DNA of 64,000 nucleotides, taken from IMG/VR virus record IMGVR_UViG_3300031993_000072, positions 1,330-65,329 of that record. One strand, written 5' to 3'. Every line of letters starts with the position of its first letter. Position 1 is the first letter of the stretch. The notes under the pieces were generated by a model, which worked only from the letters and a program-made list of their open reading frames with translations, searched no databases and was not told the DNA's origin. A program made the position numbers and the translations under genes. Origin of the DNA: a virus (Duplodnaviria > Caudoviricetes). This document shows, piece by piece, positions 28,575-38,292 of this stretch.

Positions 28575-29135
28575 TTGATTATCGGTTACGCTCGGGTATC
28601 TACCCAAGACCAGAACTTGGACCGTCAGCTGGATGCTCTCAATAAGGCCGGCTGCGAACGCATCTTTAATGAAAAAATGACCGGCACTCATTCCGCTCGT
28701 CCAGAACTGCAAATGATGCTAATGACATTGCGTCCTGGAGATACATTGGTCGTTGAATCCTTTTCTCGGCTCAGTCGTTCCACAAAGGACCTTCTTGATA
28801 TGGTGGAAAAGCTTTCCCAGCTAGGTGTCCATCTCGTCTCGCTCAAAGAAGACCTCGACACAAAAACAGCGACTGGGAAAATGATGCTTACAGTCATGTC
28901 CGCACTAAGCCAGTTTGAACGCGACCTAATTGCTGAAAGAACAAAGGAAGGCCTAAAAGCTGCCCGGGCCAGAGGACGTCATGGAGGCAGGCCGCGATCC
29001 GGAACAGATAAGGACCGGGACCAGGCCTACGCAATGTACCAGGCCAACATCATGAGTTGCCAAGAGATCGCTGACCGGTATGGTGTATCGCTCTCGACTC
29101 TGAACCGGTGGATCCGTGAAAAGAAGCAGGGTTAA
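28575..29135 (+). CDS. Small serine recombinase (resolvase/invertase family)
   Basis: GYARVST (catalytic Ser), LRPGDTLVVESFSRLSRS, ERTKEGLKAARARGRHGGRP, C-terminal HTH. Confidence 0.95.
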   Translation: MIIGYARVSTQDQNLDRQLDALNKAGCERIFNEKMTGTHSARPELQMMLMTLRPGDTLVVESFSRLSRSTKDLLDMVEKLSQLGVHLVSLKEDLDTKTATGKMMLTVMSALSQFERDLIAERTKEGLKAARARGRHGGRPRSGTDKDRDQAYAMYQANIMSCQEIADRYGVSLSTLNRWIREKKQG

Positions 29136-29220
29136 TCCCCTGTTCTTCTTTATACCCTGGAGCAACCTGTCACGTCGTTAGTATATATATATTATATTAT
29201 TCCGTAAAAGTAGTATATAT

Positions 29221-29257
29221 AAAGCAGGCACAGGAGTCATTCCCGTGCCCGCTTTTG
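29221..29257. terminator. Bidirectional terminator between the recombinase gene and terS
   Basis: AAAGCAGGCAC...GTGCCCGCTTT imperfect hairpin. Confidence 0.55.
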
Positions 29258-29833
29258 TTATTCGTCGTCTGGTATCGCTTCTGCCAGACGTTTCCTTGCG
29301 TCGTCTGCACTCATTCCCTGCAGCGGATTGTTCGGAGTGACCACGACATCCGCGACGTCTTTATAGTTGAACCAGTTCTTTGACAGGAAGATCCCGGACG
29401 CAGGATTGATCTTCCCGGTCATCATCATATCCGCCCACATTTCTTCGATCAGACACCGCGCTCTTTTAACTATGTCACCGTGTGTGGCGGCCCGCGTGAC
29501 CCCATTTTCCCATTCATTCAGCGCCTGTCTGGATATCCCAAGCCAGTTACACATGCCGACGATTTGTGGCCTGCGATCGTTCTTGATGCAGTATTCAAAG
29601 TACTCGCCAATTCGATTCTGTACTTGTACAGGGTCAGATATATCGATTGGTGGCAGGTTCCATGATGCGAGTGCGTGTCGTACGTAACGTGCGTTCTCGC
29701 CCGGTGCCATACCGACGCCTTCCGCGGTAAGATCCTTCATCCAGTCGGACCCACGGTTACGTTTTTTCTTCACGACTTCACGGATCTGATCGTCGGATAC
29801 ACCTGTTCCGTTCTTATCCGGCACTGATGACAC
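29258..29833 (-). CDS. terS: Terminase small subunit (P22 gp3-like DNA packaging protein)
   Basis: GMCNWLGISRQALNEW HTH and GKINPASGIFLSKNWFNYKD motif. Confidence 0.75.
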   Translation of the reverse strand: MSSVPDKNGTGVSDDQIREVVKKKRNRGSDWMKDLTAEGVGMAPGENARYVRHALASWNLPPIDISDPVQVQNRIGEYFEYCIKNDRRPQIVGMCNWLGISRQALNEWENGVTRAATHGDIVKRARCLIEEMWADMMMTGKINPASGIFLSKNWFNYKDVADVVVTPNNPLQGMSADDARKRLAEAIPDDE

Positions 29834-30416
29834 CTCCCTTCACGTTCATCCAGGTTCCGAGGTTCTCGACGTATTGCTGATAGGTCATGTCGTCCATATC
29901 AGTCGGCAGGTCGTTCGTTTTCGTCACCTTTTTGAACGTCGTGTCAATCACGCCGCAACCCATGTCGTCGTTTACGACATACATTTCATATGGCAGTTCT
30001 GTACGGGCCTTCACGAATGCCTTCCAGACGTCTCCGGTCCACGGTTCACCATACTGTGATTCGGTATGATGTTCCTGCATCCGTTCGGAGGTCGGCAGGC
30101 AGTCATGCAGGACAATCACGCCGCCTGGATTGAGACACTGCAGCGAGTTATGGATATCGCGGTACACCTGGTTCCGTTCGTGGAGTCCGTCGATGAATAC
30201 GATATCGAAGTGAACGTCTGGGAACTGCTCAAAGAAGGCGTCGGAGGTCAGATGGTGGGTAGCGTGTGTGTTGGGATCTGGATCGACGGATACCTTGATT
30301 GGGCAGTGGACGTTATTGAACGACGCACCATACAGGGTACCGATTTCCAGGTATGACTGATAGTTGCGGGCCTTGATAAAGTGGTTAATGATGTCAAAGC
30401 GGTACAAATTATTCAC
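29814..30416 (-). CDS. Class I SAM-dependent methyltransferase
   Basis: YLEIGT, FDIVFIDGLH, GGVIVLHD. Confidence 0.85.
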   Translation of the reverse strand: MNNLYRFDIINHFIKARNYQSYLEIGTLYGASFNNVHCPIKVSVDPDPNTHATHHLTSDAFFEQFPDVHFDIVFIDGLHERNQVYRDIHNSLQCLNPGGVIVLHDCLPTSERMQEHHTESQYGEPWTGDVWKAFVKARTELPYEMYVVNDDMGCGVIDTTFKKVTKTNDLPTDMDDMTYQQYVENLGTWMNVKGGVISAG

Positions 30417-31845
30417 CTTCCTTCATGTTTGCGAACGGAATATCCGTCCATGGCATTGACGTATACGGTTGCTGTGCTGCCGGGAGTTCTGCCTTTGCGC
30501 GGTCCAGGTAGTGTTTGATCTTAGGATACGAACACTTTGCAGATATGAATGCGGCGTTGTAGGTTGACGGAATCTGGAGGATTTTACCGGCACAAAACTT
30601 ATTGAGCACGTCCTGTTCCAGGTGCTGGTAGTGAGTTGTGTTAATCTCATCAATCACGCGCTGATCCATACCGGTCGAACGGAAGAGGTCGAGGTTCATG
30701 AGCATGACGCCGGCATTGTAGTACGGATCCACGATAAGGCCACCTGTGAAGATATCAACGACACCCGCGTAGAAATAGTCAGTAATGTCATAGTTCCATA
30801 TTGATGAGATATCGTCGACAACGACGGTATCGGAGTCCAGCCAGAGGACGCGTGACGTATCCGGCGGGAGGATCCGGGTGAGGCCGGCGCGGACGGTAGT
30901 CATGTAGGAGTAGTACCAGTTGATGTTCGGACCATCCAGTGGGAATATATTCTGGTGCGATACGTTGATGCACTGAATGAGATCCGGGAGCGGTTCCGGG
31001 AAGGTATCGTCCTCAATGAGGAAATAGATCTTATCAACCGGGGAATGATAGAGCAGAGACTTTGCCGCGGCGACCATGTTCTTATAGTATCCGCGGTTGC
31101 CGGAATATACAACAATCCGTGGATACATGACGGATGCCAGCGTAGCATCGCGGACTTCCGGGAAATGACACCAGGACTTGAGGCAGGCAAAGTGAGAGAT
31201 TATGGAATGTTCTGGTTTCCCGGTGAGGTTGCATACCTTTGAATTATCATTGTAGCTGTTAGGCAGTTCAATGAAATTGTCGGTACCGCAGAGTTCATTG
31301 AACGCGTCCTGCTCATTGTACTGGTAATACCTGGTGTTCAGCGCGTTGATGATCTTATCGTCCATACCGGTACTGCGGAGGTAATCCAGGTTGAGAACGA
31401 CCACGCCGAAGTTAGAGTAATAATACCCGACTTTCATGGTCATGCCGATCTCAGTGGCGGCCGCGTAGTATGCGTCAGTCATATCAAACTGCCAGAGGAA
31501 TGAGATATCATCGTTCACAATGGTGTCGATATCCAGCAGGAGTGAGCGATCCGCGTCCGGGAAAAGCTTGGGTACTGCGGCCTTCATGAGGACCATATAC
31601 GTGTACTGACTGCGGAAGTTCGGGCCATCCTTGGGAAAGAATGTCTGGTCCGCGATGTTGATGATCGTGACGTTATCCGGATGCACCAGGGGGAACGTGT
31701 CGTCCTCGATCATGAGATAGACATGCACATCCGGGTTATGCTGCAGCAGTGAGTTGTATGCGGCCGGACACATGTCATACAGGTTCCGCGTTGCGAAGTA
31801 GACAACGATTTTTTCGCCTGGCTTTGTGTGGATTGCGTCAATCAT
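30409..31845 (-). CDS. Tandem double GT8-like glycosyltransferase
   Basis: Two homologous halves with LLLDIDTIV / LWLDSDTVV, NxGVxxxNL and EQDxxN motifs. Confidence 0.85.
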   Translation of the reverse strand: MIDAIHTKPGEKIVVYFATRNLYDMCPAAYNSLLQHNPDVHVYLMIEDDTFPLVHPDNVTIINIADQTFFPKDGPNFRSQYTYMVLMKAAVPKLFPDADRSLLLDIDTIVNDDISFLWQFDMTDAYYAAATEIGMTMKVGYYYSNFGVVVLNLDYLRSTGMDDKIINALNTRYYQYNEQDAFNELCGTDNFIELPNSYNDNSKVCNLTGKPEHSIISHFACLKSWCHFPEVRDATLASVMYPRIVVYSGNRGYYKNMVAAAKSLLYHSPVDKIYFLIEDDTFPEPLPDLIQCINVSHQNIFPLDGPNINWYYSYMTTVRAGLTRILPPDTSRVLWLDSDTVVVDDISSIWNYDITDYFYAGVVDIFTGGLIVDPYYNAGVMLMNLDLFRSTGMDQRVIDEINTTHYQHLEQDVLNKFCAGKILQIPSTYNAAFISAKCSYPKIKHYLDRAKAELPAAQQPYTSMPWTDIPFANMKEGE

Positions 31846-32197
31846 CCGTACCATCCTCCTTCTTTTCCAAGAATCCTGTTTCTTCCATGACCCTGCGATT
31901 TGCCCGGTTAACAACCATCCAGATCACTGGTGTAGGTATGCCTGTATGTGCGGAGTAGTTTTCCACAGCATATCTGTCATCCCCCCAATGGGAAGTAAAG
32001 TACATCCGCAGAATCGCCTGGTCTGTTGCGACGAACTTCTTAAGGAACAGGTGGTGGCAGATCGCATAGATCTTACGGTCCGGTGTGGATAGATTTTCCC
32101 ATACAAAACCGTCACGTTCCAGAGCAAAGTACACACGCCACATATGGGTAGCTGTACCCTTCCACCACTGCGATGATTTGGAACGATCAACTCTCAT
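31838..32197 (-). CDS. Hypothetical protein, possibly a late transcription regulator
   Basis: Position upstream of terS; helical C-terminus; weak call. Confidence 0.4.
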   Translation of the reverse strand: MRVDRSKSSQWWKGTATHMWRVYFALERDGFVWENLSTPDRKIYAICHHLFLKKFVATDQAILRMYFTSHWGDDRYAVENYSAHTGIPTPVIWMVVNRANRRVMEETGFLEKKEDGTDD

Positions 32198-32417
32198 GGC
32201 TGGTCACCTCCTGGAATGGCGTTTGCTCGATAATGGCTGGCATTTCAGATGTTTCCATCATGATGGCGACGCGTTCATCGAGATCTTCCAGACGATCCGC
32301 GGATTCCAGAACTACACGCAGCCGGTCGCGAGTGAGCATTCCGCCGGACTCACCCATGAGGCGAAGCTTCCGGACGAGATCTTTCGTAGGGGTATTGGGT
32401 AATTGTTTTTTGCTCAA
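32187..32417 (-). CDS. Hypothetical protein
   Basis: Translationally coupled ORF. Confidence 0.5.
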   Translation of the reverse strand: MSKKQLPNTPTKDLVRKLRLMGESGGMLTRDRLRVVLESADRLEDLDERVAIMMETSEMPAIIEQTPFQEVTSHES

Positions 32418-33073
32418 TGGTCATCACCTCTTTTCAGCATGTCTTCAGTGAACAGGAACTGGCCGATGTGTCCGCACTTGACGCGGCTGTCGCACCAGAT
32501 GTGTCCGCTGTACAGATCGTCGTGTTCCAGCAGCTGGTTCACGCGGTAGCAGAATGATACGTCCTCACCGGCCCAGGGGTATGGAGAGAATGCAGGCCCG
32601 AAGCGATCCCATATTGCCTTGATAAGTTTGACGGATGTCATGACGCAGCCGAAACCGCAGCCTTCAATCGTGAACATCTGGTTTCTGGGGTAATTCATGT
32701 ATTCTTCAATGTGGATCTGCGGGATCCCATTCTCATCCGGTACCGGAGGACGAACGGACTGGTAGATAACAGGCTTGACCGGGAACGTACGCTTCACATA
32801 CAAACCTGACACCATGTCGATGTGCGGATGGTTCATGTCTTCCAGCAGGCGCGGTATTGTATCCGGAAGGAAGGTCATATCGGAATCCATCCACATGATG
32901 TAGTCAAATCCCTGTTCGATGGCAGTGAGTGACAGCAGGTTGCGGGCGTCATAGATCAGCGAACTGGATTTGAAGCACACCTTCGTGCCTTCCGGTTTCT
33001 GAAGGTTCAAAAGGGACTCGACGAATTGAATTGGTACTGTACCCATACAGGGGATTGCGATCATAACTGACAT
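32414..33073 (-). CDS. GT-A fold glycosyltransferase (GT2-like), paralogue of 12770-13414
   Basis: VMIAIPC, ARNLL, WMDSD, GCGFGCVM, GEDVSFC, DSRVKCGH. Confidence 0.75.
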   Translation of the reverse strand: MSVMIAIPCMGTVPIQFVESLLNLQKPEGTKVCFKSSSLIYDARNLLSLTAIEQGFDYIMWMDSDMTFLPDTIPRLLEDMNHPHIDMVSGLYVKRTFPVKPVIYQSVRPPVPDENGIPQIHIEEYMNYPRNQMFTIEGCGFGCVMTSVKLIKAIWDRFGPAFSPYPWAGEDVSFCYRVNQLLEHDDLYSGHIWCDSRVKCGHIGQFLFTEDMLKRGDDH

Positions 33074-33084
33074 GTTTTCACCTC

Positions 33085-33380
33085 TTTTTTACGAAATCCG
33101 TAATTTTTTTACGGTGTGTTTTGAAATCCGTAAAACTCTGTGCGTGTTGATTTACAATGGTTTGCGGTATGTCATTTACGGATTTTACGGATTTTACGGT
33201 GTGTTTTTGCTCTTACGCGCGCGAACGCGCTTGCCTATTTTTAATTTTTTATACGTCATATATATAGGGTGTATATCCTTTTAGACCGTAAAATCCGTAA
33301 CGGCACCCTTCAACCCGTTGAAATATAAGGCTTAGACGAATTACGGTGTACCGTAAATACACCGTAAACACCGTAAATAA
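33085..33380. other. Putative replication origin (iteron cluster)
   Basis: 12 copies of CCGTAA/TTACGG in both orientations around an AT-rich core, right after the primase-helicase gene. Confidence 0.7.
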
Positions 33381-33381
33381 T

Positions 33382-35274
33382 TCAGAACGGCATATCCGGG
33401 TCTTCCACTGCGACATATTCCTTGTACTTCTCCTCTTCTGTCTTTTCTTCTTCCGGAAGTTTGATCCAGTAGTGCGGGATCTGCTTTCCGTTGACGACGA
33501 CCGGCCAGGTTGGACGATTGTTCTTATTTCCCTTGCCATAGAACTGACACTTTAGCATGTCCTTCCGCCTGGCCCAGTCCACAAACGCGCTGGCCGAGAA
33601 TCCCTTGTTCTTGAGCATCTCCTCAAAAATGGACTTGTTGATCGCGACGTATCCGTCCTTGTACTGGCCCCAGACCTCACCGATAGATGCGTCAGCACTG
33701 TCGAACTTGCGCGGATTTGCAGCGCAAAAACTGATTAACCAATTGTAACATCTAAGGTTCACGTCTGTTTCAGACCGTGTAACCAGGAACGGTTTGATGT
33801 CGTCAACGGTCAGCGCGCGGTTGTCCTTGAAGATACCTTTCGTTGCGAGAGCATCGGCTGCCAGCAGGATGGATGCGGATAGTGTCTGCTTATCCTGGAT
33901 GTCTGCTTCGATCAGTTCTGTGTAGAATTTCTTCTGCAGGGATGAAAGCGCTCGTTTGATGCTGTCATCCCGGAGCAGGGTGATGAATTCCGGACCGGCA
34001 AATCCATAGTTTCCCTTCAGCGCATTTGCTGTGGCGCGGGCATCTTTGAACAGCGGGACCCCACCATAGTTAACCTCTATGATGCGGGCAACAGCACCTC
34101 CGCCGGAGTTGCTCTGCGTGATCGGCATTTCTCCGGTTGTGAGGATACATGTGTTCCAGCTTTTCTGAATCTGCAGGCCGCCGTCCTTGGCGCCGCGGCC
34201 CTTGTTGGATCCCTGGCAGAGCATGTATACGATATCGTCGAAACCTTTCCGGTCGCTGATGACCTGGAGTTCATCCAGCAGGACCGGGATATTGCAGCAG
34301 AAGGCAGCATACATTTCAAATGATACCTTGGTTCCGCTGAACTGCTTGATATATCCGTCCATGGAATCCGGATATCCCCATACGCTGGCCGCCAGCATCA
34401 GTCCGACGGTTTTACCGCAGCCTGTCTCACCCCACAGGTGTACGAAGAACGGCAGGCCGCCGAGGATTTTAACCAGCGGAGCGGCAAAGGCTGCAGCAAG
34501 CGCGATCCTGGCCGGCACGGAGTTTTCTGCACGTACCTGCTTTGCCAGGTCGAACCAAGCGGATCTGTCTCCGGACGGTTTCAACAAGCCATACATACGC
34601 ATCATCTCCGGACTCTCTCCGTCATAACTGACGCCATCGACATACGGCATAAACTGTCCGTCTGATAACCACCCCATGTGAGATACTGAGTTCTGCCTGG
34701 GAAGGTTGTCATAGTTGAGACTCTCAAGCTTTGACATATACCGGACGACTTCCTTGGCATTCTCCGAGTTGACGTCGACACCCTGGCGAGATAATCCGAT
34801 AATCTTCTGCGCGGAAGCCAGCTGTTCCCGGGAAACAGTCAGTGATTTCCACGGATCCCGGCCGCGGCAATATGCGATCTCCAGCTTTTCTTCAAAGGTC
34901 TCTATGTTTGTGACGCGTTTCACAGGCATCAGCGGATGGGATATGACCTCGACCTCTGCTCCCATTTCATTCAGCCTGGAGACGCCGAACTCGTCGGCAT
35001 TGTATAATCCGCAGTCCAGCTGGGCCGGCTGCCCGGGAAACATGGTCTGGTTGCTGCCAAGGATCGTCGCCTTCGGGGACTTGGATTCCACGTAGGCGTT
35101 CCATGTCTTCATGAACCCGGTGAATTTCAGATCCTTTGCAACAGCCTGCATTTTATTGAGCAGGATCTGCAGCATGAACTTGTTGTCCTTTTGCTGGTAC
35201 AACCACTCATATGGACGATCTGTAAGGAAGTCTTCATAGGTCCAGTTGGGAATCAATTGGGTTGCTTCACTCAA
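33382..35274 (-). CDS. DUF927-type replicative helicase / primase-associated ATPase
   Basis: HLWGETGCGKT Walker A, LLDELQ Walker B, GRGAKDGG. Confidence 0.85.
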   Translation of the reverse strand: MSEATQLIPNWTYEDFLTDRPYEWLYQQKDNKFMLQILLNKMQAVAKDLKFTGFMKTWNAYVESKSPKATILGSNQTMFPGQPAQLDCGLYNADEFGVSRLNEMGAEVEVISHPLMPVKRVTNIETFEEKLEIAYCRGRDPWKSLTVSREQLASAQKIIGLSRQGVDVNSENAKEVVRYMSKLESLNYDNLPRQNSVSHMGWLSDGQFMPYVDGVSYDGESPEMMRMYGLLKPSGDRSAWFDLAKQVRAENSVPARIALAAAFAAPLVKILGGLPFFVHLWGETGCGKTVGLMLAASVWGYPDSMDGYIKQFSGTKVSFEMYAAFCCNIPVLLDELQVISDRKGFDDIVYMLCQGSNKGRGAKDGGLQIQKSWNTCILTTGEMPITQSNSGGGAVARIIEVNYGGVPLFKDARATANALKGNYGFAGPEFITLLRDDSIKRALSSLQKKFYTELIEADIQDKQTLSASILLAADALATKGIFKDNRALTVDDIKPFLVTRSETDVNLRCYNWLISFCAANPRKFDSADASIGEVWGQYKDGYVAINKSIFEEMLKNKGFSASAFVDWARRKDMLKCQFYGKGNKNNRPTWPVVVNGKQIPHYWIKLPEEEKTEEEKYKEYVAVEDPDMPF

Positions 35275-35522
35275 ATGTTTTCACCTCCTTCCAGGTCCAT
35301 CTTTATTTGGCCTTCCAGCACTGTTTCCTGGCGTTCACTGCGCGGGACGTACATTTTCCCGGTGTCGACGTCTCCAAGCGGCGAGAGATCGAAATTAGGG
35401 CAGTTGTTTGGCCTGTTTATCTGTTCCCGCGTCCAGTGTGGTTCCTTGCCTTCCGGATGATTGCCACACCTGTAGTCGTCGGCAGCGAAACAGTGCGAAC
35501 AATACCTGCAGTACTGTCTCAT
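35271..35522 (-). CDS. Cys-rich hypothetical protein
   Basis: CRYCSHC...C...C. Confidence 0.55.
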   Translation of the reverse strand: MRQYCRYCSHCFAADDYRCGNHPEGKEPHWTREQINRPNNCPNFDLSPLGDVDTGKMYVPRSERQETVLEGQIKMDLEGGENI

Positions 35523-36139
35523 TCTTTCTTCTCCTGTTTCGCCTGTGCGATCATGCCGTGCAGACCGGCCAGGTCCGGAAGCGGCTGGCCTTCACTGATA
35601 AGCTGCTTCAGTTGCTTTGCTACATCTTCATTGACAACGCTGAGTGACGCGTTAGAGGAAGAGGATGCAATAGGCCAACCAAAGCGTTTCGCCAGTTCTT
35701 CTTTATGCTTCTTAACGATCTCTTCTTTGGTTGTTTCATGCTCATACAGGTATGCAGCAAGCTTATCCTGCGCTATTTTCTCAATCAGTTTGCTGTGCTT
35801 TCCAGATCGCATAATAGCTTGGTAGATGCGTCTATTGGAAAGATTCAGCGTGAATGTAAATGCATATTCCGGATATCCTCCAACCTTGATGCTTGGCTTA
35901 ATTTCTTTTGACGCGAATTCAATATCCCAGACACAGTTCATCCAGCCAAAGTTATATGTGACCTTTATGAGCGGTTTATTCACGTCGACGTCTACGCTGT
36001 CGACTTCATATGTTTCGACCTGCCGATCTCCATCCAGCATGGAGTACAGATTCGCCACACTCCTTGAGGAGAATACCTTCTCAATGTGATAGTCCGAATA
36101 ATCGCCGGCTGTGACAACATATACTTTGTTTTTTGCCAT
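35519..36139 (-). CDS. Hypothetical protein
   Basis: KVYVVTAGDYSDYHI N-terminus; RBS. Confidence 0.6.
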   Translation of the reverse strand: MAKNKVYVVTAGDYSDYHIEKVFSSRSVANLYSMLDGDRQVETYEVDSVDVDVNKPLIKVTYNFGWMNCVWDIEFASKEIKPSIKVGGYPEYAFTFTLNLSNRRIYQAIMRSGKHSKLIEKIAQDKLAAYLYEHETTKEEIVKKHKEELAKRFGWPIASSSSNASLSVVNEDVAKQLKQLISEGQPLPDLAGLHGMIAQAKQEKKE

Positions 36140-36164
36140 GTTTACCTCCTACATTATGTAGTCT

Positions 36165-36871
36165 TTATTCGCGTTTTTCCTGCACTTCCGCCTCCGGCAG
36201 GTTTGCCGTAATTTCTCGCGCCAGGAATTCCAGCTGGACCTTTGGCATTTCGTTTACTGCCATGTCTATATGCACAGCAGTGACGCCGCACAGTTCATCA
36301 TTGTTCATGTACACTGCGTATCCGCCGGCATCCGTCGGGATAATCGTAAACTTTGGAAGCATTGGATCCTCCTCAGTCGCACGATTTGCCGACGTTGATA
36401 TAGGCAAACTCGTTGTCAAACCACACACCGTATACGCCGTATCCGTTGTGGTAAAAGGTCCCGCAGCCGTCGTTCCTTTCGTCCAGCATGGTCAGCAACG
36501 CTTGTTCTGCTTCTCCGTGCGGCATTGCTTTCAGTTCCGCCAGTTCACCTTCCTGGAACCCGGAGATTCTCTTGGTGTCCATGCCCATTCCTCCGCCAGG
36601 GATTGTGTCAAGTATCAGTTTGTTCATTGCTTACTCTCCTTTTCTTCATTTCTTCTTCTAAGTAGTCACCGATTGCCAGGAGCATTCCGTCCGCGAGAGG
36701 ACCACCCTTCACGCTGTAGCTGGCTGCAGACGTATCTTCGGAAAACTTTTTCCACCATTCCGGATCGTCCTGTGGCGGGAAATGCGCATTGAGAAAATCA
36801 AACACTGTTCTAAAAACAAGTTTGTGGTATGCGGCGTATTCTTCTGGTTTCCAAACACTTTCACTCGTCAT
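36165..36871 (-). CDS. Three small hypothetical proteins (36165-36428, 36373-36627, 36608-36871)
   Basis: Co-oriented, overlapping ORFs. Confidence 0.5.
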
Positions 36872-36942
36872 TCGACGCCTCCCTTATTTACGATTGTTAT
36901 AATTATAACACGTTTCGTAGTATTTGGAACATTAAAAAACTG

Positions 36943-37353
36943 TTAAGGTTTCAGCGCGCCGAAGAATTCCATAAGAACCTCCAGCGTTTCCTGGCACAGG
37001 ACGGATCTGCAGTCCTGCATAACTACGCTGACGTCATTGTAGGGGCATTTATCGCATTCCTGGAATGGATCGTCGCGTGTGCTTTTCATGCAGCAGGCCT
37101 GTCCTTTCATCACCTTTTCATACTTTTCATCATCTGCTACCAGTTTCGTATCCTTGTCAACGATGGAGAATTTCTTTCCGAACGCGTCCAGGATCTGGTT
37201 AAAGGAATACATGGACGGGTACAGTGTTCCTTTAAGATACCCGCTAATCGTCGGACGAGAAAGTCCGCTAGCAACTTCCAGGTCAAGCACATCCATACCG
37301 GACACCTGCAGTTGATTATTCAGCCAGCTGGAGAAATCAAATTTATTTGACAT
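36943..37353 (-). CDS. XRE HTH protein with a Cys-rich C-terminus
   Basis: LEVASGLSRPTISGYLKG HTH. Confidence 0.6.
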   Translation of the reverse strand: MSNKFDFSSWLNNQLQVSGMDVLDLEVASGLSRPTISGYLKGTLYPSMYSFNQILDAFGKKFSIVDKDTKLVADDEKYEKVMKGQACCMKSTRDDPFQECDKCPYNDVSVVMQDCRSVLCQETLEVLMEFFGALKP

Positions 37354-37357
37354 TTTA

Positions 37358-38266
37358 TCAACTCCTTTGTTCTTCTTCTCCAAGCCACCAGCGCATGACA
37401 TCTTCCGGCGTCTCCCAGTTTTCGCTTGGAAATCCCCTGGTTTTTCTTTCCTCAAGCATTCTTTCGAAAGCTTTCAGATACATTTTTTTGTACTTTGGCC
37501 ACCTTTCGAAATCTTCTTTCTGTTTATGGACCCTTTTCATTGGGCAGCCGATACAACCAAGACGCGTAAGACCTTCATCATACAGGCAACAATGTTCAAT
37601 CCCGTTGCTGTTCAAAAAGTTCCACACGTCTTCTTCCGTCCAGTCATAGATCGGATTTACCAGGCGCTTTGTCGTACGAACGCAGTGTGTAATCATCTGG
37701 GCGCTTTCAGAGTCGTCGTAATTGAGAATTAGTCCACCCTTCGGAGTGACTGTATAATTCGCGTTGTTTTGATCAAGGTATTTTATAACTTTTTTTCCTG
37801 GACTCGGGATTGTAACGACACCTTGGTTATTTTTTCTGTTAGAACTTTCCTCACGTCTTACACCTGTGACGGTAATGCGATACTTTCCGTTTGATTCTTT
37901 TAGTTTTTCGCAGCAGAATCTAGCAAGCCTGGTCGGCGGCATACATTTCCTGGGAATAAGATTCCACATGGTGACGACATTTCCACATGAATCATGCGGA
38001 TAATCAAAAATCACATCCGGGTAATGAGTCCGGATAAAATGTACAAGTTCCGGAGGGTCAACAGATGTTACATTATAATGGGCATCAAATTTCACACCTG
38101 CCATTTTGCAGAGATGATAAACGCACTGCGAATCCTTGCCACCAGAGAAAGCTACATAATATCCTTCATCTGGTTCAAACATTTTCAGCCTTTGAATTGA
38201 AAGACTTACTTTATCTTTTATTATTCCGTCAAGTCCGAACTCAAGTTGTTCAAACATATAAATCAC
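37358..38266 (-). CDS. PAPS reductase-family (CysH/DndC-like) protein 1
   Basis: VAFSGGKDS PP-loop, FCCEKLKE, RLGCIGCP. Confidence 0.85.
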   Translation of the reverse strand: MIYMFEQLEFGLDGIIKDKVSLSIQRLKMFEPDEGYYVAFSGGKDSQCVYHLCKMAGVKFDAHYNVTSVDPPELVHFIRTHYPDVIFDYPHDSCGNVVTMWNLIPRKCMPPTRLARFCCEKLKESNGKYRITVTGVRREESSNRKNNQGVVTIPSPGKKVIKYLDQNNANYTVTPKGGLILNYDDSESAQMITHCVRTTKRLVNPIYDWTEEDVWNFLNSNGIEHCCLYDEGLTRLGCIGCPMKRVHKQKEDFERWPKYKKMYLKAFERMLEERKTRGFPSENWETPEDVMRWWLGEEEQRS

Positions 38267-38292
38267 CTTTCTTTATTGATGATATTATTATT

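Noticed and set aside
19100-29257. Block as an invertible segment or composite transposon
   Set aside because: No terminal inverted repeats, target duplication or transposase were found by eye.
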